Source: an uncultured Eubacteriales bacterium
Lineage (GTDB): Bacteria; Bacillota; Clostridia; TANB77; RGIG9151
Direction: 5' to 3'
NCBI GenBank assembly: GCA_964475435.1
Contig: CAYYWT010000007.1
Location: 1 to 24,542 of the forward strand
Length of the DNA: 24,542 bases
Below are positions 1 to 11,963 of this stretch, one piece after another. Below the pieces are notes generated by a model. That model worked only from the letters and a program-made list of their open reading frames with translations, searched no databases and was not told the DNA's origin. Numbering within the stretch: the stretch's first letter is position 1; each line of letters begins with the position of its first letter. Position numbers and translations under genes: made by a program.

Positions 1-1264
1 TAATAGGCGGTTCATCAACAATAGCCTTTTCTATAATATCTACAACATCTTCCGCTAATTCTAAGTTATCATTTAATTCAGTTAAAAGCGGATTATCAAA
101 TTGAGTCAAAATTTCTTTTACTTCCGGTAATTTTTTTAGTGAAAGCTTTAATGCCACCATATCTCTACCATTGGCACTGCCATATACAATACGCCCACTA
201 AGACGTTCTATATCATAAATTTTATTTAATTTTTCAATTACATCAGAACGCAAAATAGGATTATTCTTTAATACTTCAACCGCATCGTGTCTTTTAGTAA
301 TCTTGCCAACATCAATAAGCGGTCTCTCAAGCCAGCTGTGAAGCATTCTTGCTCCCATAGCTGTATTAGTATCATCTACTACCCAAAGTAATGTTCCACG
401 TCTTGATTTATCTCTCATTGTCTCAGTAATTTCAAGATTACGACGTGTTGCCATATCTATACTCATATATTTTTCAGATTCATATACATCTAAATTATTT
501 ATGTGTTCTAAATTAGCTTTTTGAATTTCAGAAAGATACCTAAATAAAGCTCCTGTAGCAATATATGCAAGAGAGAACCTTTCTTTGTTTTCAGCAAAAT
601 TTTCAATGTGTTTCTTTATTAAATTAATAGCATCTCCTCTGTCAAAGAATTTATCCTCTGCCATAGAAGTAAAACTGCTAAATCTCTTTCTAATCGTTCC
701 TATCTCATTTTCTTCATAAAATAACGCAGAATTAACAACAATTTCAGATGGCTTAATACGTGCCATTTCATTAAGCAAGCTCATGAAACTTCCACCGCCT
801 AGAAATTCAGTACAAGACATCTCACCTGTAGTAACATCCGCACTAGCCAATCCAAAATTAATCCCCAATTTATATATAGCGCAAATATAGTTATTACTCT
901 TTTCATCAAGCATTATACTTTCCATAACTGTACCTGGAGTAACAACTCTAATTATTTTCCTTTTTACCAAACCTTTAGCAAATCTCGGATCTTCCATTTG
1001 CTCACAAATAGCAACTTTGTATCCTTTTTTAACTAAACGCGAAATATATGTTTCAGACGCGTGATAAGGAATTCCGCACATAGGCGCTCTTTCTTCTTGC
1101 CCACAATCTCTACCAGTCAACGTAAGTTCAAGCTCACGTGAAACCAAAACCGCATCCTCAAAAAACATTTCGTAAAAATCTCCTAAGCGGAAAAATAAAA
1201 TTGCATCTTTATTTTCCTCTTTCATCTGTAAATACTGCTTCATCATTGGCGTCATCTCTGCCAT
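1..1264 (-). CDS. mutS: DNA mismatch repair protein MutS, N-terminal about 421 codons. The gene runs off the left edge of the window.
   Basis: This ORF is not in the supplied track because it is open-ended. My translation from the ATG at 1264-1262 reads MAEMTPMMKQYLQMKEENKDAILFFRLGDFYEMFFEDAVLVSRELELTLTGRDCGQEERAPMCGIPYHASETYISRLVKKGYKVAICEQMEDP, a classic MutS domain I. The frame is still open at the edge (..LAEDVVDIIEKAIVDEPPI). An AGGAG RBS lies 11 nt upstream of the ATG. Confidence 0.93.
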   Translation of the reverse strand, partial: MAEMTPMMKQYLQMKEENKDAILFFRLGDFYEMFFEDAVLVSRELELTLTGRDCGQEERAPMCGIPYHASETYISRLVKKGYKVAICEQMEDPRFAKGLVKRKIIRVVTPGTVMESIMLDEKSNNYICAIYKLGINFGLASADVTTGEMSCTEFLGGGSFMSLLNEMARIKPSEIVVNSALFYEENEIGTIRKRFSSFTSMAEDKFFDRGDAINLIKKHIENFAENKERFSLAYIATGALFRYLSEIQKANLEHINNLDVYESEKYMSIDMATRRNLEITETMRDKSRRGTLLWVVDDTNTAMGARMLHSWLERPLIDVGKITKRHDAVEVLKNNPILRSDVIEKLNKIYDIERLSGRIVYGSANGRDMVALKLSLKKLPEVKEILTQFDNPLLTELNDNLELAEDVVDIIEKAIVDEPPI

Positions 1265-1288
1265 TTTCTTTCAATCTCCTATTCTAGC

Positions 1289-3088
1289 CTACCTACATCT
1301 ACTATCTCTACTTCTTTGTTTAACCCTAGGAAGTTCATCGTTTAGTAGTTGCACCTTCTCAGCATTATCCAAAACTCCGCGAATATATTCTTTATATTTT
1401 CCTTGCTCCGCCTCCGTTTCAGGATACCCTTTCTTTTTAAATCCGTTTCCTATGCATTCTTTTAGGAAACCGCTTCTATCCATTTCAAGAAGTCCAATCA
1501 ATTTATTTACATCAGGAATTGCTAAAAACTCATTAAAATAATCCCTTTTGCTATCACGTGTTAAAATTTTAGCAATTTTTAAAATCTGTGCAATTTTAGT
1601 AACTTCTTCATTACCGAATTCATACATTTTACCTTCTTCTATCGTTTTGTTTTTCATAAATCCCTCAAAACGATTAAAATACAACGCATCAATTACCTCA
1701 TCAATATCATTTTTTTCATTAAAAGCTCTTTTTTCATAATCATTTTCATTCTCAAAAGCCTCATAAATATTAATAAGCGAATTAGCAAAAAGTTCTCTTC
1801 TTTTCTTCATATCCATACTTAATACTTCTCTTGTGCCTCTTATATGTCCACCTTCTCTAAGTAGCTTATCCGCAATTTTATTAAATGTACAACCGTTTTG
1901 AAATCTAACTATCGAATTAATTTGAGATTTAAGTTCTTCTTCTACCAAATTCTCATCTTCAAGTAGCATTTGTTGCATATTCATTTCTTTTGCTACTTTT
2001 ATGTATTTTAATTTATCCATAGCCTTTTCATTAAAATATTGTTCCATTCTAGTTAAATATTCTACTAAATTACCGGTTCCGAATTTACCCGAAATCTTCT
2101 TATAGTCTTCTTCGGTTGCTTTAGAAATAAGCGATCCCATAACTTCAAAATAGAAATTGGTACAATTTAAATATTCTTGTTGTAAAAGGAAAACATTCTC
2201 TATTTTCTTATCCAAAGAAGAATATTTATGTACAACATTCCTACCATCTGTTATCATCTGTTCAAAAATTTGCTCTAAATCTTTTCTTTGACCTTTTTCG
2301 TCATATACCTTTTGAAGTATAGGATAATTATATAAAGTATCAGGATAACGTTTTACATATAAATCACACATTTCTCTAAAGAACTTACCTCTAGGCTCCA
2401 TTTTTCCGGTTCTGTACACTTTCCCAATTTTAGAATTGGTTAAACTAACCGCATCACTAATTCGATTAGCTTCCTTTAATCTTTGTATTATATCATCCGG
2501 AATATTGCCGGAAAGCAATTGCGTTGTGTTAAACCTTCCCCATATATCTGCATATGTCTCGGATGTTAATCTATCATAGTTAAAATTATAAAAAGTCTCA
2601 TCATTCGCCAATTTTACTACCATTTCATAAGCTAATTCTAAAACCTCAGGTCTTAGGCGACTTCGCTTAACAAAAATATTTTGCTTAGAATGCTCTATTT
2701 CATGATAAGTGGTCATAAGTAGTTCATTTAATCCGTTAATTCTTTGAGCTTTATCGCCGGATTTAAAAAATTTATCATAAAAATAATCAATGTTAACCCA
2801 AATAGCAACATCCTTAGTTATATCCTCAGCTTCACTGGAATATCCAAGTAAAGTTTCCTCCTCGTCCTCCGCTTTTTGAACACTATGTTCATCAAATTCT
2901 AAGCCAATTTGATACGCTTTACATTCAAGGTCAGCTATATCTTTAATATTTTTCCTTAACGCAGTTAAATCACTTTCTTCTAATGGCCTTTTTATCAAAA
3001 TATCCGTAAGTTCTTTTACAATTTCTCTTTCTTTTCTTTCTTGCTCTTTGATACTAACGTATTCCACTAACTTTATCCTCCGCTTCAT
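1289..3088 (-). CDS. Uncharacterised 599-aa cytoplasmic protein with a single HExxH (HEIEH) zincin-like motif
   Basis: Long ORF with coding-like composition. It starts 5 nt after the miaB stop and ends 24 nt before the mutS start. It has no signal peptide or TM segment. The motif context is LLMTTYHEIEHSKQN. I recognise no family. Confidence 0.7.
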   Translation of the reverse strand: MKRRIKLVEYVSIKEQERKEREIVKELTDILIKRPLEESDLTALRKNIKDIADLECKAYQIGLEFDEHSVQKAEDEEETLLGYSSEAEDITKDVAIWVNIDYFYDKFFKSGDKAQRINGLNELLMTTYHEIEHSKQNIFVKRSRLRPEVLELAYEMVVKLANDETFYNFNYDRLTSETYADIWGRFNTTQLLSGNIPDDIIQRLKEANRISDAVSLTNSKIGKVYRTGKMEPRGKFFREMCDLYVKRYPDTLYNYPILQKVYDEKGQRKDLEQIFEQMITDGRNVVHKYSSLDKKIENVFLLQQEYLNCTNFYFEVMGSLISKATEEDYKKISGKFGTGNLVEYLTRMEQYFNEKAMDKLKYIKVAKEMNMQQMLLEDENLVEEELKSQINSIVRFQNGCTFNKIADKLLREGGHIRGTREVLSMDMKKRRELFANSLINIYEAFENENDYEKRAFNEKNDIDEVIDALYFNRFEGFMKNKTIEEGKMYEFGNEEVTKIAQILKIAKILTRDSKRDYFNEFLAIPDVNKLIGLLEMDRSGFLKECIGNGFKKKGYPETEAEQGKYKEYIRGVLDNAEKVQLLNDELPRVKQRSRDSRCR

Positions 3089-3093
3089 ATAAG

Positions 3094-4506
3094 TTATTGA
3101 ACTTTTAATTTACCCGTTAAATACCACTTTCTCTGCTCCGTAATTTCTAAATCTATCATATTTCCGATAAGTTCGTCTGAACCTTCGAAATTGACAACTT
3201 TTCCGCCATCCGTTCTTCCCGTTAGCGTGTTTTCATTAGTCTTACTATGACCTTCAACTAAAACTTTTTGGACTGTTCCTACCAACTTTACATTTTCTTC
3301 TTCTAAAATCTCATTAACAACGTTTATAAGTCTTCCTATTCTCTCAGTTTTTACTTTTTCATCAACTTGGTCTTCTCTATTCGCCGCCGGAGTTCCCTCG
3401 CGCTTAGAATAAACAAATGTAAATGCCGAATAATATCTAACCTTCTTCACAACGTCAATAGTATCCAAGAAATCTTCTTCAGTTTCTCCCGGAAATCCTA
3501 CAATTATATCCGTTGTAAACAAAACATCAGGAATTTTGTTCCTAATTTTATCTACCAAAGCTAAATATTGTTCTTTAGTATACTTTCTATTCATTCTATT
3601 TAAAATACTGCTACTACCGGACTGTAATGGCAAATGAAGGCACCTTGAAATCTTAGGCTCTTTTGCGATTAAATCAATCAATTCATCTGAAAAATCCTTA
3701 GGATGAGGACTAACAAACCTTATTCGCTCTATGCCGTCAACTTCGCAAACTTTCTCAAGCAATTTTGCAAAAGATACAGGGATTGTTAAATCTTTACCAT
3801 ATGAGTTAACATTTTGCCCAAGCAAAGTAATCTCTTTATAACCTTCTTTTGCAAGTTGGCTAACTTCTTTAATTATATTTTCAGGATTTCTGCTTCTCTC
3901 CCTACCTCTAACATATGGAACTATACAGTAAGAACAAAAGTTATTACATCCGTACATAATAGTAACAGACGCCTTAATGTCACTGTCTCTCTTTATCGGT
4001 ATATCCTCAGCAATCGTACCATCAATATCCCATATCTCAATAACTTTTTTTTCTTCTGTTATCGCTTTATATAAAAGCTCCGGAAATTGGTATAAATTAT
4101 GAGTACCAAAAATTATATCCAAATGCTGACCATATGTTTTATTAAACTTTTCCACCATATGAGGCTCTTGAGCCATACAACCGCCTAATGCAATAACCAT
4201 ATCCGGTTTACTGCGTTTTAGAGCCTTAAAATAACCAAGTTGTCCTAAAATCTTGTCTTCTGCATTTTCTCTTACACAACAAGTATTGAATATAACCAAA
4301 TCAGCCTCTTCTGCTGATTCAGTTTTAATATACCCCATTTCCTCTACCATACCGGCAAGTTTTTCAGACTCATTTTCATTTAATTGGCAACCCATTGTAT
4401 ATATGTGATACTTATTACCATTTACCAATTCCTTTATTTTTTTTGTATATTCTCTTTGTTCATTCATCTCTTGTTCAGTTAAAATCTTAATTGCCACAAT
4501 TCCCAA
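3094..4506 (-). CDS. miaB: tRNA-2-methylthio-N6-dimethylallyladenosine synthase (radical SAM methylthiotransferase MiaB)
   Basis: N-terminal UPF0004 domain (YHIYTMGCQLNENESE), a radical-SAM CxxxCxxC box (CNNFCSYC) and a C-terminal TRAM-like tail. The track start at 4506 is TTG, only 1 nt after the AGGAG. GTG at 4497 (10 nt from AGGAG) or ATG at 4467 are more likely starts. Confidence 0.93.
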   Translation of the reverse strand: MGIVAIKILTEQEMNEQREYTKKIKELVNGNKYHIYTMGCQLNENESEKLAGMVEEMGYIKTESAEEADLVIFNTCCVRENAEDKILGQLGYFKALKRSKPDMVIALGGCMAQEPHMVEKFNKTYGQHLDIIFGTHNLYQFPELLYKAITEEKKVIEIWDIDGTIAEDIPIKRDSDIKASVTIMYGCNNFCSYCIVPYVRGRERSRNPENIIKEVSQLAKEGYKEITLLGQNVNSYGKDLTIPVSFAKLLEKVCEVDGIERIRFVSPHPKDFSDELIDLIAKEPKISRCLHLPLQSGSSSILNRMNRKYTKEQYLALVDKIRNKIPDVLFTTDIIVGFPGETEEDFLDTIDVVKKVRYYSAFTFVYSKREGTPAANREDQVDEKVKTERIGRLINVVNEILEEENVKLVGTVQKVLVEGHSKTNENTLTGRTDGGKVVNFEGSDELIGNMIDLEITEQRKWYLTGKLKVQ

Positions 4507-4576
4507 ACTCCTTTTAATGCTATTTTTATATAGCTAGTTATAATATATCTTCATAAAAAACTTATTACTTGTCTTT

Positions 4577-5434
4577 TTATTTAATCTTTTTATAGACCTC
4601 TTTTAAAATTTCATATCTTACCATAATTATTTTTTTATAGAATTCTTTTCTAATATCCGACATACATGGTATTTCATCTATAAACCTATTAATTTCATCT
4701 ATATTTATTTTTACAAACATTCTACATATAGCATTATTACATTCTTCATTTTTTCTACTTTTTATATATGTCATATAATTAATTTTTTTATCATTCTCTT
4801 TTATACATGAATAGCTATTTATTGCTAAATTTTTTAGTTCAACTTCACTAAGTTTTTCAATTTCGCTATCTTCTAACATTGGATTTAAACATGACCCACA
4901 GTCATATATTGGAGCAAAAGAGATTTCTTTTGTTTTATTATTTAATAAAAAACCCCAGTTACCATTATGTCTATCTGTATTTCCAATAATACTATCTATA
5001 ATAAACATATCCCAAAATTTCTCTTTAGTCTTAATGGTATCTATCATTTTACTTTCTTCTACAACTCCTAGAATATCTGATAATTCGGTTCCTATCTTTT
5101 TATCAGGATTAGTACTTAATGCCAAACTTTCAAACTCATATAAAATATTATCATTATCCGTAAAATCTTCACACCCGCAAACTATTTTTTCTTTTTCGTT
5201 ATACACATATTTCCCTAAAATAGTATTTTGTGTGTTAAAACCAACCAATTTAAATATGTTGCTTCCCACATATTCAGAAAATGCATTATTTATATATGAT
5301 ATATCCTTATTTTTTTCTCTTATGGGATCCGGAAACTTTACTAAATACTTTTTATTTTCATATATTAATGTTTTCTTTTTCTCTGAACCTTTATAATTAT
5401 TTAATTCTTCTATTGCTTTTGTAAAATCAATCAT
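4577..5434 (-). CDS. HipA-family (HipA_C-like) Ser/Thr kinase, minimal 285-aa form with no cognate partner gene
   Basis: Motifs YLVKFP (ATP-binding Lys strand), GNTDRHNGNWGF (HipA catalytic loop DRHxxN) and IYDCGSC (Mg-binding Asp). RBS AAGGAG lies 7 nt before the ATG. The gene is visibly more AT-rich than gatB and miaB. Confidence 0.7.
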   Translation of the reverse strand: MIDFTKAIEELNNYKGSEKKKTLIYENKKYLVKFPDPIREKNKDISYINNAFSEYVGSNIFKLVGFNTQNTILGKYVYNEKEKIVCGCEDFTDNDNILYEFESLALSTNPDKKIGTELSDILGVVEESKMIDTIKTKEKFWDMFIIDSIIGNTDRHNGNWGFLLNNKTKEISFAPIYDCGSCLNPMLEDSEIEKLSEVELKNLAINSYSCIKENDKKINYMTYIKSRKNEECNNAICRMFVKINIDEINRFIDEIPCMSDIRKEFYKKIIMVRYEILKEVYKKIK

Positions 5435-5463
5435 CTATATTCTCCTTTATATAGAATAGAAAA

Positions 5464-6894
5464 CTACTTTGATACCCTTTCTAAAATGATTTTATTAATG
5501 ACTTGAGGATTAGCTTTACCCCGGCTTTCCTTCATAACTTGTCCAACTAAAAAGCCAACAACATTAGTTTTTCCACGTTTATAATCCTCTATCGACTGAG
5601 GATTATTCGCAATAACCTTATCTACCATCTCTAAAATCGCAGTTTCATCACTAACTTGTGCTAAACCTTTTTCATTAATAATCTCTTTTACAGACTTACC
5701 GGTAGCTAAAATTTCTTCAAAAACAGTCTTACCGGCAGTATTACTAATAGTTCCGTTAGTAATCTCATTTAACAACTCAGCCAACACTTTTGGTGTAATC
5801 TCAATTTCATTAATAGAAATCTCTCTTTCATTTAGTACTTTAGAAATATCACCTAAAATCCAGTTGCTAACATTTTTAGGAACAGCCCCGAAAGAAACTG
5901 TTTTATCAAAGTATTCAGCCAACTCACGATTAGACGAAATAAGCTCAGCATCATATTCAGTTAAATTATACTCTTTTAAATACCTTGCTTTCTTTACATC
6001 CGGTAATTCCGGTAAATTATTTTTTATTTCATCAATGTACTCTTTTGTTAAAACAATTGGTACAAGATCAGGCTCAGGAAAATACCTGTAATCTTGAGCA
6101 TTTTCTTTAGTTCTCATAACAACACTTTCGCCCTTATCTTCATCCCAACGTCTGGTTTCTTGATGTATCTCTCCTCCATTTTGGACAACTTCAATTTGTC
6201 TCTTAATTTCAGTATCAATAGCATGACCGGTAGCACTAAACGAACTGATATTCTTCATCTCAGTTCTCATTCCGAACTTACTTGAGCCTTTAGGCATAAT
6301 AGAAACGTTTACATCACAACGAAGTGAACCTTCTTGCATCTTACAATCAGATACTTGTATATACTTTAATATAGTTCTAATCTTTTCAAGTAAAGCTTTA
6401 GCCTCTTCCGAACTTCTCATATCCGGCTCAGTTACAATTTCAATCAATGGAACTCCACATCTATTCATATCAACTAGTGTGCCATTTCCCCATGCATTAT
6501 GAAGTAATTTACCGGCATCATCTTCAATATGTATTCGCGTAATACCAATGCGCTTAATTTCCCCGTTTACCTCAACATCTAAATAACCATTTTTACAAAT
6601 CGGCAAATCATATTGAGAAATTTGGTAATTCCTTGGCGTATCCGGATAAAAATAATTCTTTCTATCCATTTTACTAAACAAAGAAATCTCACAATTCATA
6701 GCAAGTCCCGCTTTAACAGCATACTCAACAACTTTCTTATTTAAGATAGGTAAAGTACCCGGCATACCGGTGCAAATCGGGCAACAATGAGTATTAACAT
6801 CTCCGCCAAATTCCGTAGTACATCCGCAAAAAATTTTAGTCTTTGTAGCTAACTCTGAATGTATCTCTAACCCTATAACACTCTCAAATTCCAT
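5464..6894 (-). CDS. gatB: Asp/Glu-tRNA(Asn/Gln) amidotransferase subunit B
   Basis: MEFESVIGLEIHSELATKTKIFCGC.. is a typical GatB N-terminus, and the C-terminus is a GatB/YqeY domain. I chose ATG 6894 (AGGAG 7 nt upstream, 10 nt after the gatA stop). The track's 6927 start would overlap gatA by 23 nt. Confidence 0.95.
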   Translation of the reverse strand: MEFESVIGLEIHSELATKTKIFCGCTTEFGGDVNTHCCPICTGMPGTLPILNKKVVEYAVKAGLAMNCEISLFSKMDRKNYFYPDTPRNYQISQYDLPICKNGYLDVEVNGEIKRIGITRIHIEDDAGKLLHNAWGNGTLVDMNRCGVPLIEIVTEPDMRSSEEAKALLEKIRTILKYIQVSDCKMQEGSLRCDVNVSIMPKGSSKFGMRTEMKNISSFSATGHAIDTEIKRQIEVVQNGGEIHQETRRWDEDKGESVVMRTKENAQDYRYFPEPDLVPIVLTKEYIDEIKNNLPELPDVKKARYLKEYNLTEYDAELISSNRELAEYFDKTVSFGAVPKNVSNWILGDISKVLNEREISINEIEITPKVLAELLNEITNGTISNTAGKTVFEEILATGKSVKEIINEKGLAQVSDETAILEMVDKVIANNPQSIEDYKRGKTNVVGFLVGQVMKESRGKANPQVINKIILERVSK

Positions 6895-6904
6895 AATCTC
6901 ACTC

Positions 6905-8332
6905 CTACTCTTCACATTTATGTGCAACTCTTAAAATCGTCTTTTCATCAAACGCTTTACCTATAATCTGAATACCTATCGGAAGTCCCTTACTATCCTT
7001 AGCAATTGGAACAGAAATCGCAGGAACACCCGCAATATTCACAGGTACAGTACAAATATCCGACAAATACATTTGCAGAGGATCATTAACTTTCTCGCCA
7101 ATCTTAAAAGCAGTAGTAGGAACAGTTGGCCCAATAATAACATCATACTTATTAAAAGCTTTATTAAACTCTTCTACAACCAATGTTCTAGCCTTTAGAG
7201 CTTTTTTATAATAAGCATCATAATAACCAGAACTTAAAACATAAGTTCCAAGCATAATTCTTCTTTTAACTTCCGGTCCAAACCCTTCGCTTCTGCTATT
7301 TTCATACATTTCATTAACTGTATCAGAATTTTTACTTCTGTATCCATATTTAACTCCATCAAATCTTGACAAATTAGAGCTAGCCTCAGCCGAAGACAAA
7401 ATATAATAAATAGACAAAGCATAATCCACTACCGGCATTGAAAATTCCTCAACCGTAGCGCCTTTACTCTTTAATTCTTCAACCTTATTTAAAATAGCCT
7501 CTTTAACCTCAGCATTAATTCCATCTCCAAAAAATTCTTTAGGTAGTCCGATTTTTAGTCCGGATATATCGTCATTTAGACATTCCGTATAATCTATAAT
7601 TCCGGTATCAACAGACGTAGCATCCTTTTCATCTTTTCCGCAAATAGCATTTAAAACCAAGGCACAATCCGTAACATCTTTACCAAAAGGACCAATTTGA
7701 TCAAGAGAAGATGCAAACGCAACTAGACCAAATCTAGAAACTGTACCGTAAGTAGGTTTTAAACCAACCACACCACAAAAAGATGCAGGCTCACGAATAG
7801 ATCCACCGGTATCCGAACCAAGGGAAATAATAGCCTCATTAGCGGCAACACTCGCAGCCGAACCGCCACTCGATCCCCCCGGAACACACTCAGCATTATT
7901 AGGGTTAGTAGTCTTATAAAAAGCTGAATTCTCAGTAGATCCACCCATAGCAAATTCGTCTAAATTAGTCTTACCAATTAAAATGCATTTATTTTCATTT
8001 AACTTCTCAATAACAGTAGCATTATACGGAGGAACAAAATCCTCAAGCATACGAGATGCACAAGTAGTCTTAACACCTTTTGTACAAATATTATCTTTAA
8101 TTGAAATAGGAATTCCGGCAAGCATAGGTAAATCGGCTCCGTTATCAAACTCAGCTTGAATTTCTTTCGCTCTATTTAACGCATTTTCTTTATCCAAAGA
8201 AATATACGCTTTAACCGTAGGTTCAATTTCTTCAAGTCTTTTAAATACCGACTCAACTACTTCCGGAACAGTAGTCTCCTTATTTCTATACATTTCTGCA
8301 AGCTTATGTGCAGTATATTCACACAATTCCAT
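6905..8332 (-). CDS. gatA: Glutamyl-tRNA(Gln) amidotransferase subunit A
   Basis: Amidase signature region [12 protein letters not shown].. and full-length GatA-like architecture. Sits between gatC and gatB. Confidence 0.95.
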   Translation of the reverse strand: MELCEYTAHKLAEMYRNKETTVPEVVESVFKRLEEIEPTVKAYISLDKENALNRAKEIQAEFDNGADLPMLAGIPISIKDNICTKGVKTTCASRMLEDFVPPYNATVIEKLNENKCILIGKTNLDEFAMGGSTENSAFYKTTNPNNAECVPGGSSGGSAASVAANEAIISLGSDTGGSIREPASFCGVVGLKPTYGTVSRFGLVAFASSLDQIGPFGKDVTDCALVLNAICGKDEKDATSVDTGIIDYTECLNDDISGLKIGLPKEFFGDGINAEVKEAILNKVEELKSKGATVEEFSMPVVDYALSIYYILSSAEASSNLSRFDGVKYGYRSKNSDTVNEMYENSRSEGFGPEVKRRIMLGTYVLSSGYYDAYYKKALKARTLVVEEFNKAFNKYDVIIGPTVPTTAFKIGEKVNDPLQMYLSDICTVPVNIAGVPAISVPIAKDSKGLPIGIQIIGKAFDEKTILRVAHKCEE

Positions 8333-8382
8333 ATAATTCTTCCTTTCTTATCTTTTTAAGTACCAACCTTGAAATAAAAACT

Positions 8383-8664
8383 CTACTGAACACTCGGTAC
8401 TATAATGCATCCTGCCTCTTTAACAGGGGCATTTTTTATAATTTCATTTCTTTCATACGAAGGAATAACAACATCTTCCCTCATAACATTTTCCACCTTT
8501 AAAATATGATTAGTAGGCTCAACATTATCAGTATCAAGCTCACTTATCCTATTCGCAAACTCAACAATTCCATCCATTTGACGAGTTAAAGTTTCCTTTT
8601 CTTCATTAGACAATTTCAATTTTGCAAGACTTGCAACATACTCAATATCCTTATTCGTTATCAT
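8383..8664 (-). CDS. gatC: Asp/Glu-tRNA amidotransferase subunit C
   Basis: 93 aa. MITNKDIEYVASLAKLKLSNEEKE.. is a typical GatC. It is the first gene of the gatCAB order. Confidence 0.92.
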   Translation of the reverse strand: MITNKDIEYVASLAKLKLSNEEKETLTRQMDGIVEFANRISELDTDNVEPTNHILKVENVMREDVVIPSYERNEIIKNAPVKEAGCIIVPSVQ

Positions 8665-8750
8665 TTTTACTATCCTTCCCCTCTATTTTAATACCAATAC
8701 GCCATCTTCATAAAAGAATTCATAAGTTTCGCCTGCTCAACAAGTTCTTC

Positions 8751-9878
8751 CTATTTCCCTTCATATAATTCTAAAATTTTGTCAACGATCTTTTTACCTG
8801 CATCTAAATCTCTAAAAGCCAATTGATTTTTTCTAATTTTAATAAGTCTTTCCTTATCATTAACAATAAGTTTGTTGACAGTCTTTATTAAATCATTTCG
8901 GCGAGTACAGAGAAGTCCTAAATCATTTAGCAATATAAAATCTATATTTCCTTCCTCTTGACCCGGAAGAGCCCCGGTAACAATAACCGGTAAAGTACAC
9001 GTAATACATTCCATAAGCACATTCGGACTACCTCTTACAATTCCAACATCATTATTAACCATTAATGTTTCAACATCTTTAACATACCCATATATAGTAA
9101 CTCTATCTAAATTATCCCTAAACTTAGCTTCTAAAATCTCTTTTAACTTAGAGTTTCTACCGGCAACCGCAGAAATTCGAGAATTCGGAATTTTAAGCAA
9201 TTTTTCGATAGTGGCTCCCATATCTCCGGATCCTTCTCCACCACTCATAATCAAGAAATCAATATTCTCCTTTTCACGAATCGCCTTTTCATCTATCATC
9301 TTAATTTTCGCACCGGCTTTTAAAATTTCTTTTCTAACCGGGAGATTAATAATAGCCATTTTATCTTCATCAGCACCGTTTTTAATCGCATATACCCAAG
9401 CAGACTTCGTCGGAGCAATCATCAAATCAGCTCTTGGTTCAATCCAAAGAGGAGAAATAGAAATAAGATCAGCAAAAACAGTAGCAAACTTAATCTTTTT
9501 CTTATCATTTCTTTTTTCCAACAAATCAACAACCGTACTATTAAATACCGGATGTACCGTAACAATAATATCAGGATTAAATTCATCCACCAATTTATTA
9601 AATTTACGTTTAATTATTCTTTTTACCACACTATTTACCAAATGAGGATCAGTAGCAGTCATAGCATAAATAAACTTCCACATATCTTCAGACGTCCTTA
9701 TTATAGGAGCATACATTTTTCCTACTCTAAGTCCCATTTTTCCACCAAACTCAAACGCCTCAACAGATTTAAACTCAACATCTTCGTGTTTGCCAAGTTC
9801 TACCTCAAGCGCATTAGTTATGCTCTTATGCCCATGACCTGTAACATATGATGTCAAAATCAATATACGTTTCTTCAT
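8751..9878 (-). CDS. Glycosyltransferase of the MGDG-synthase / UgtP family (diacylglycerol glycosyltransferase)
   Basis: N-terminal TGHGHKS motif and C-terminal LPGQEEGN motif, both characteristic of MGDG_synth plus GT28 C-terminal domains. A GGAGG RBS precedes the start, which lies 16 nt after the ligA stop. Confidence 0.82.
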   Translation of the reverse strand: MKKRILILTSYVTGHGHKSITNALEVELGKHEDVEFKSVEAFEFGGKMGLRVGKMYAPIIRTSEDMWKFIYAMTATDPHLVNSVVKRIIKRKFNKLVDEFNPDIIVTVHPVFNSTVVDLLEKRNDKKKIKFATVFADLISISPLWIEPRADLMIAPTKSAWVYAIKNGADEDKMAIINLPVRKEILKAGAKIKMIDEKAIREKENIDFLIMSGGEGSGDMGATIEKLLKIPNSRISAVAGRNSKLKEILEAKFRDNLDRVTIYGYVKDVETLMVNNDVGIVRGSPNVLMECITCTLPVIVTGALPGQEEGNIDFILLNDLGLLCTRRNDLIKTVNKLIVNDKERLIKIRKNQLAFRDLDAGKKIVDKILELYEGK

Positions 9879-9894
9879 ATGAATTTACCTCCAT

Positions 9895-11898
<2,004 letters not shown>

Positions 11899-11909
11899 TC
11901 AAGCTAACT

Positions 11910-11936
11910 TTTTACGGAATACAATATTCCGTAAAA
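11910..11936 (-). other. Perfect 12-bp stem / 3-nt loop hairpin (TTTTACGGAATA-nnn-TATTCCGTAAAA) downstream of the MNT gene
   Basis: Palindrome read directly. No U-tract follows on either strand, so it is not a canonical intrinsic terminator. A further 9-bp outer pairing (GTTACTGTT / AACGGTAAC, one G-U) encloses it. Confidence 0.5.
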
Positions 11937-11963
11937 CACTGAGCAAGCCTAAACAGTAACTTT

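Noticed and set aside
2690-2710. HExxH in the 599-aa protein taken as proof of a metalloprotease.
   Set aside because: A five-residue motif can occur by chance, and I could not identify a third ligand or a known family. The call is therefore kept as an uncharacterised protein with a motif.
4524-5455. 9-bp direct repeat CTATATAAA (minus-strand reading) next to AGGAG on both sides of the HipA-like gene, as a possible target-site duplication.
   Set aside because: It is too short and too AT-rich to distinguish from chance in this genome. It is noted only as weak support for insertion.
6894-6927. Apparent 23-nt gatA/gatB overlap with an [12 protein letters not shown]-terminal extension of GatB.
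   Set aside because: This is an artefact of longest-ORF calling. ATG 6894 has an AGGAG RBS and gives the canonical MEFESVIGLEIH start. The same issue applies to the TTG/GTG track starts of valS, miaB, the phosphoesterase and the GNAT-ANT(6) gene.
7234-7953. Same-strand, out-of-frame ORFs inside gatA (62 and 64 aa), and 17095-17277 inside valS.
   Set aside because: These short alternative-frame ORFs lie within conserved genes and lack start context. Nothing suggests programmed frameshifting.
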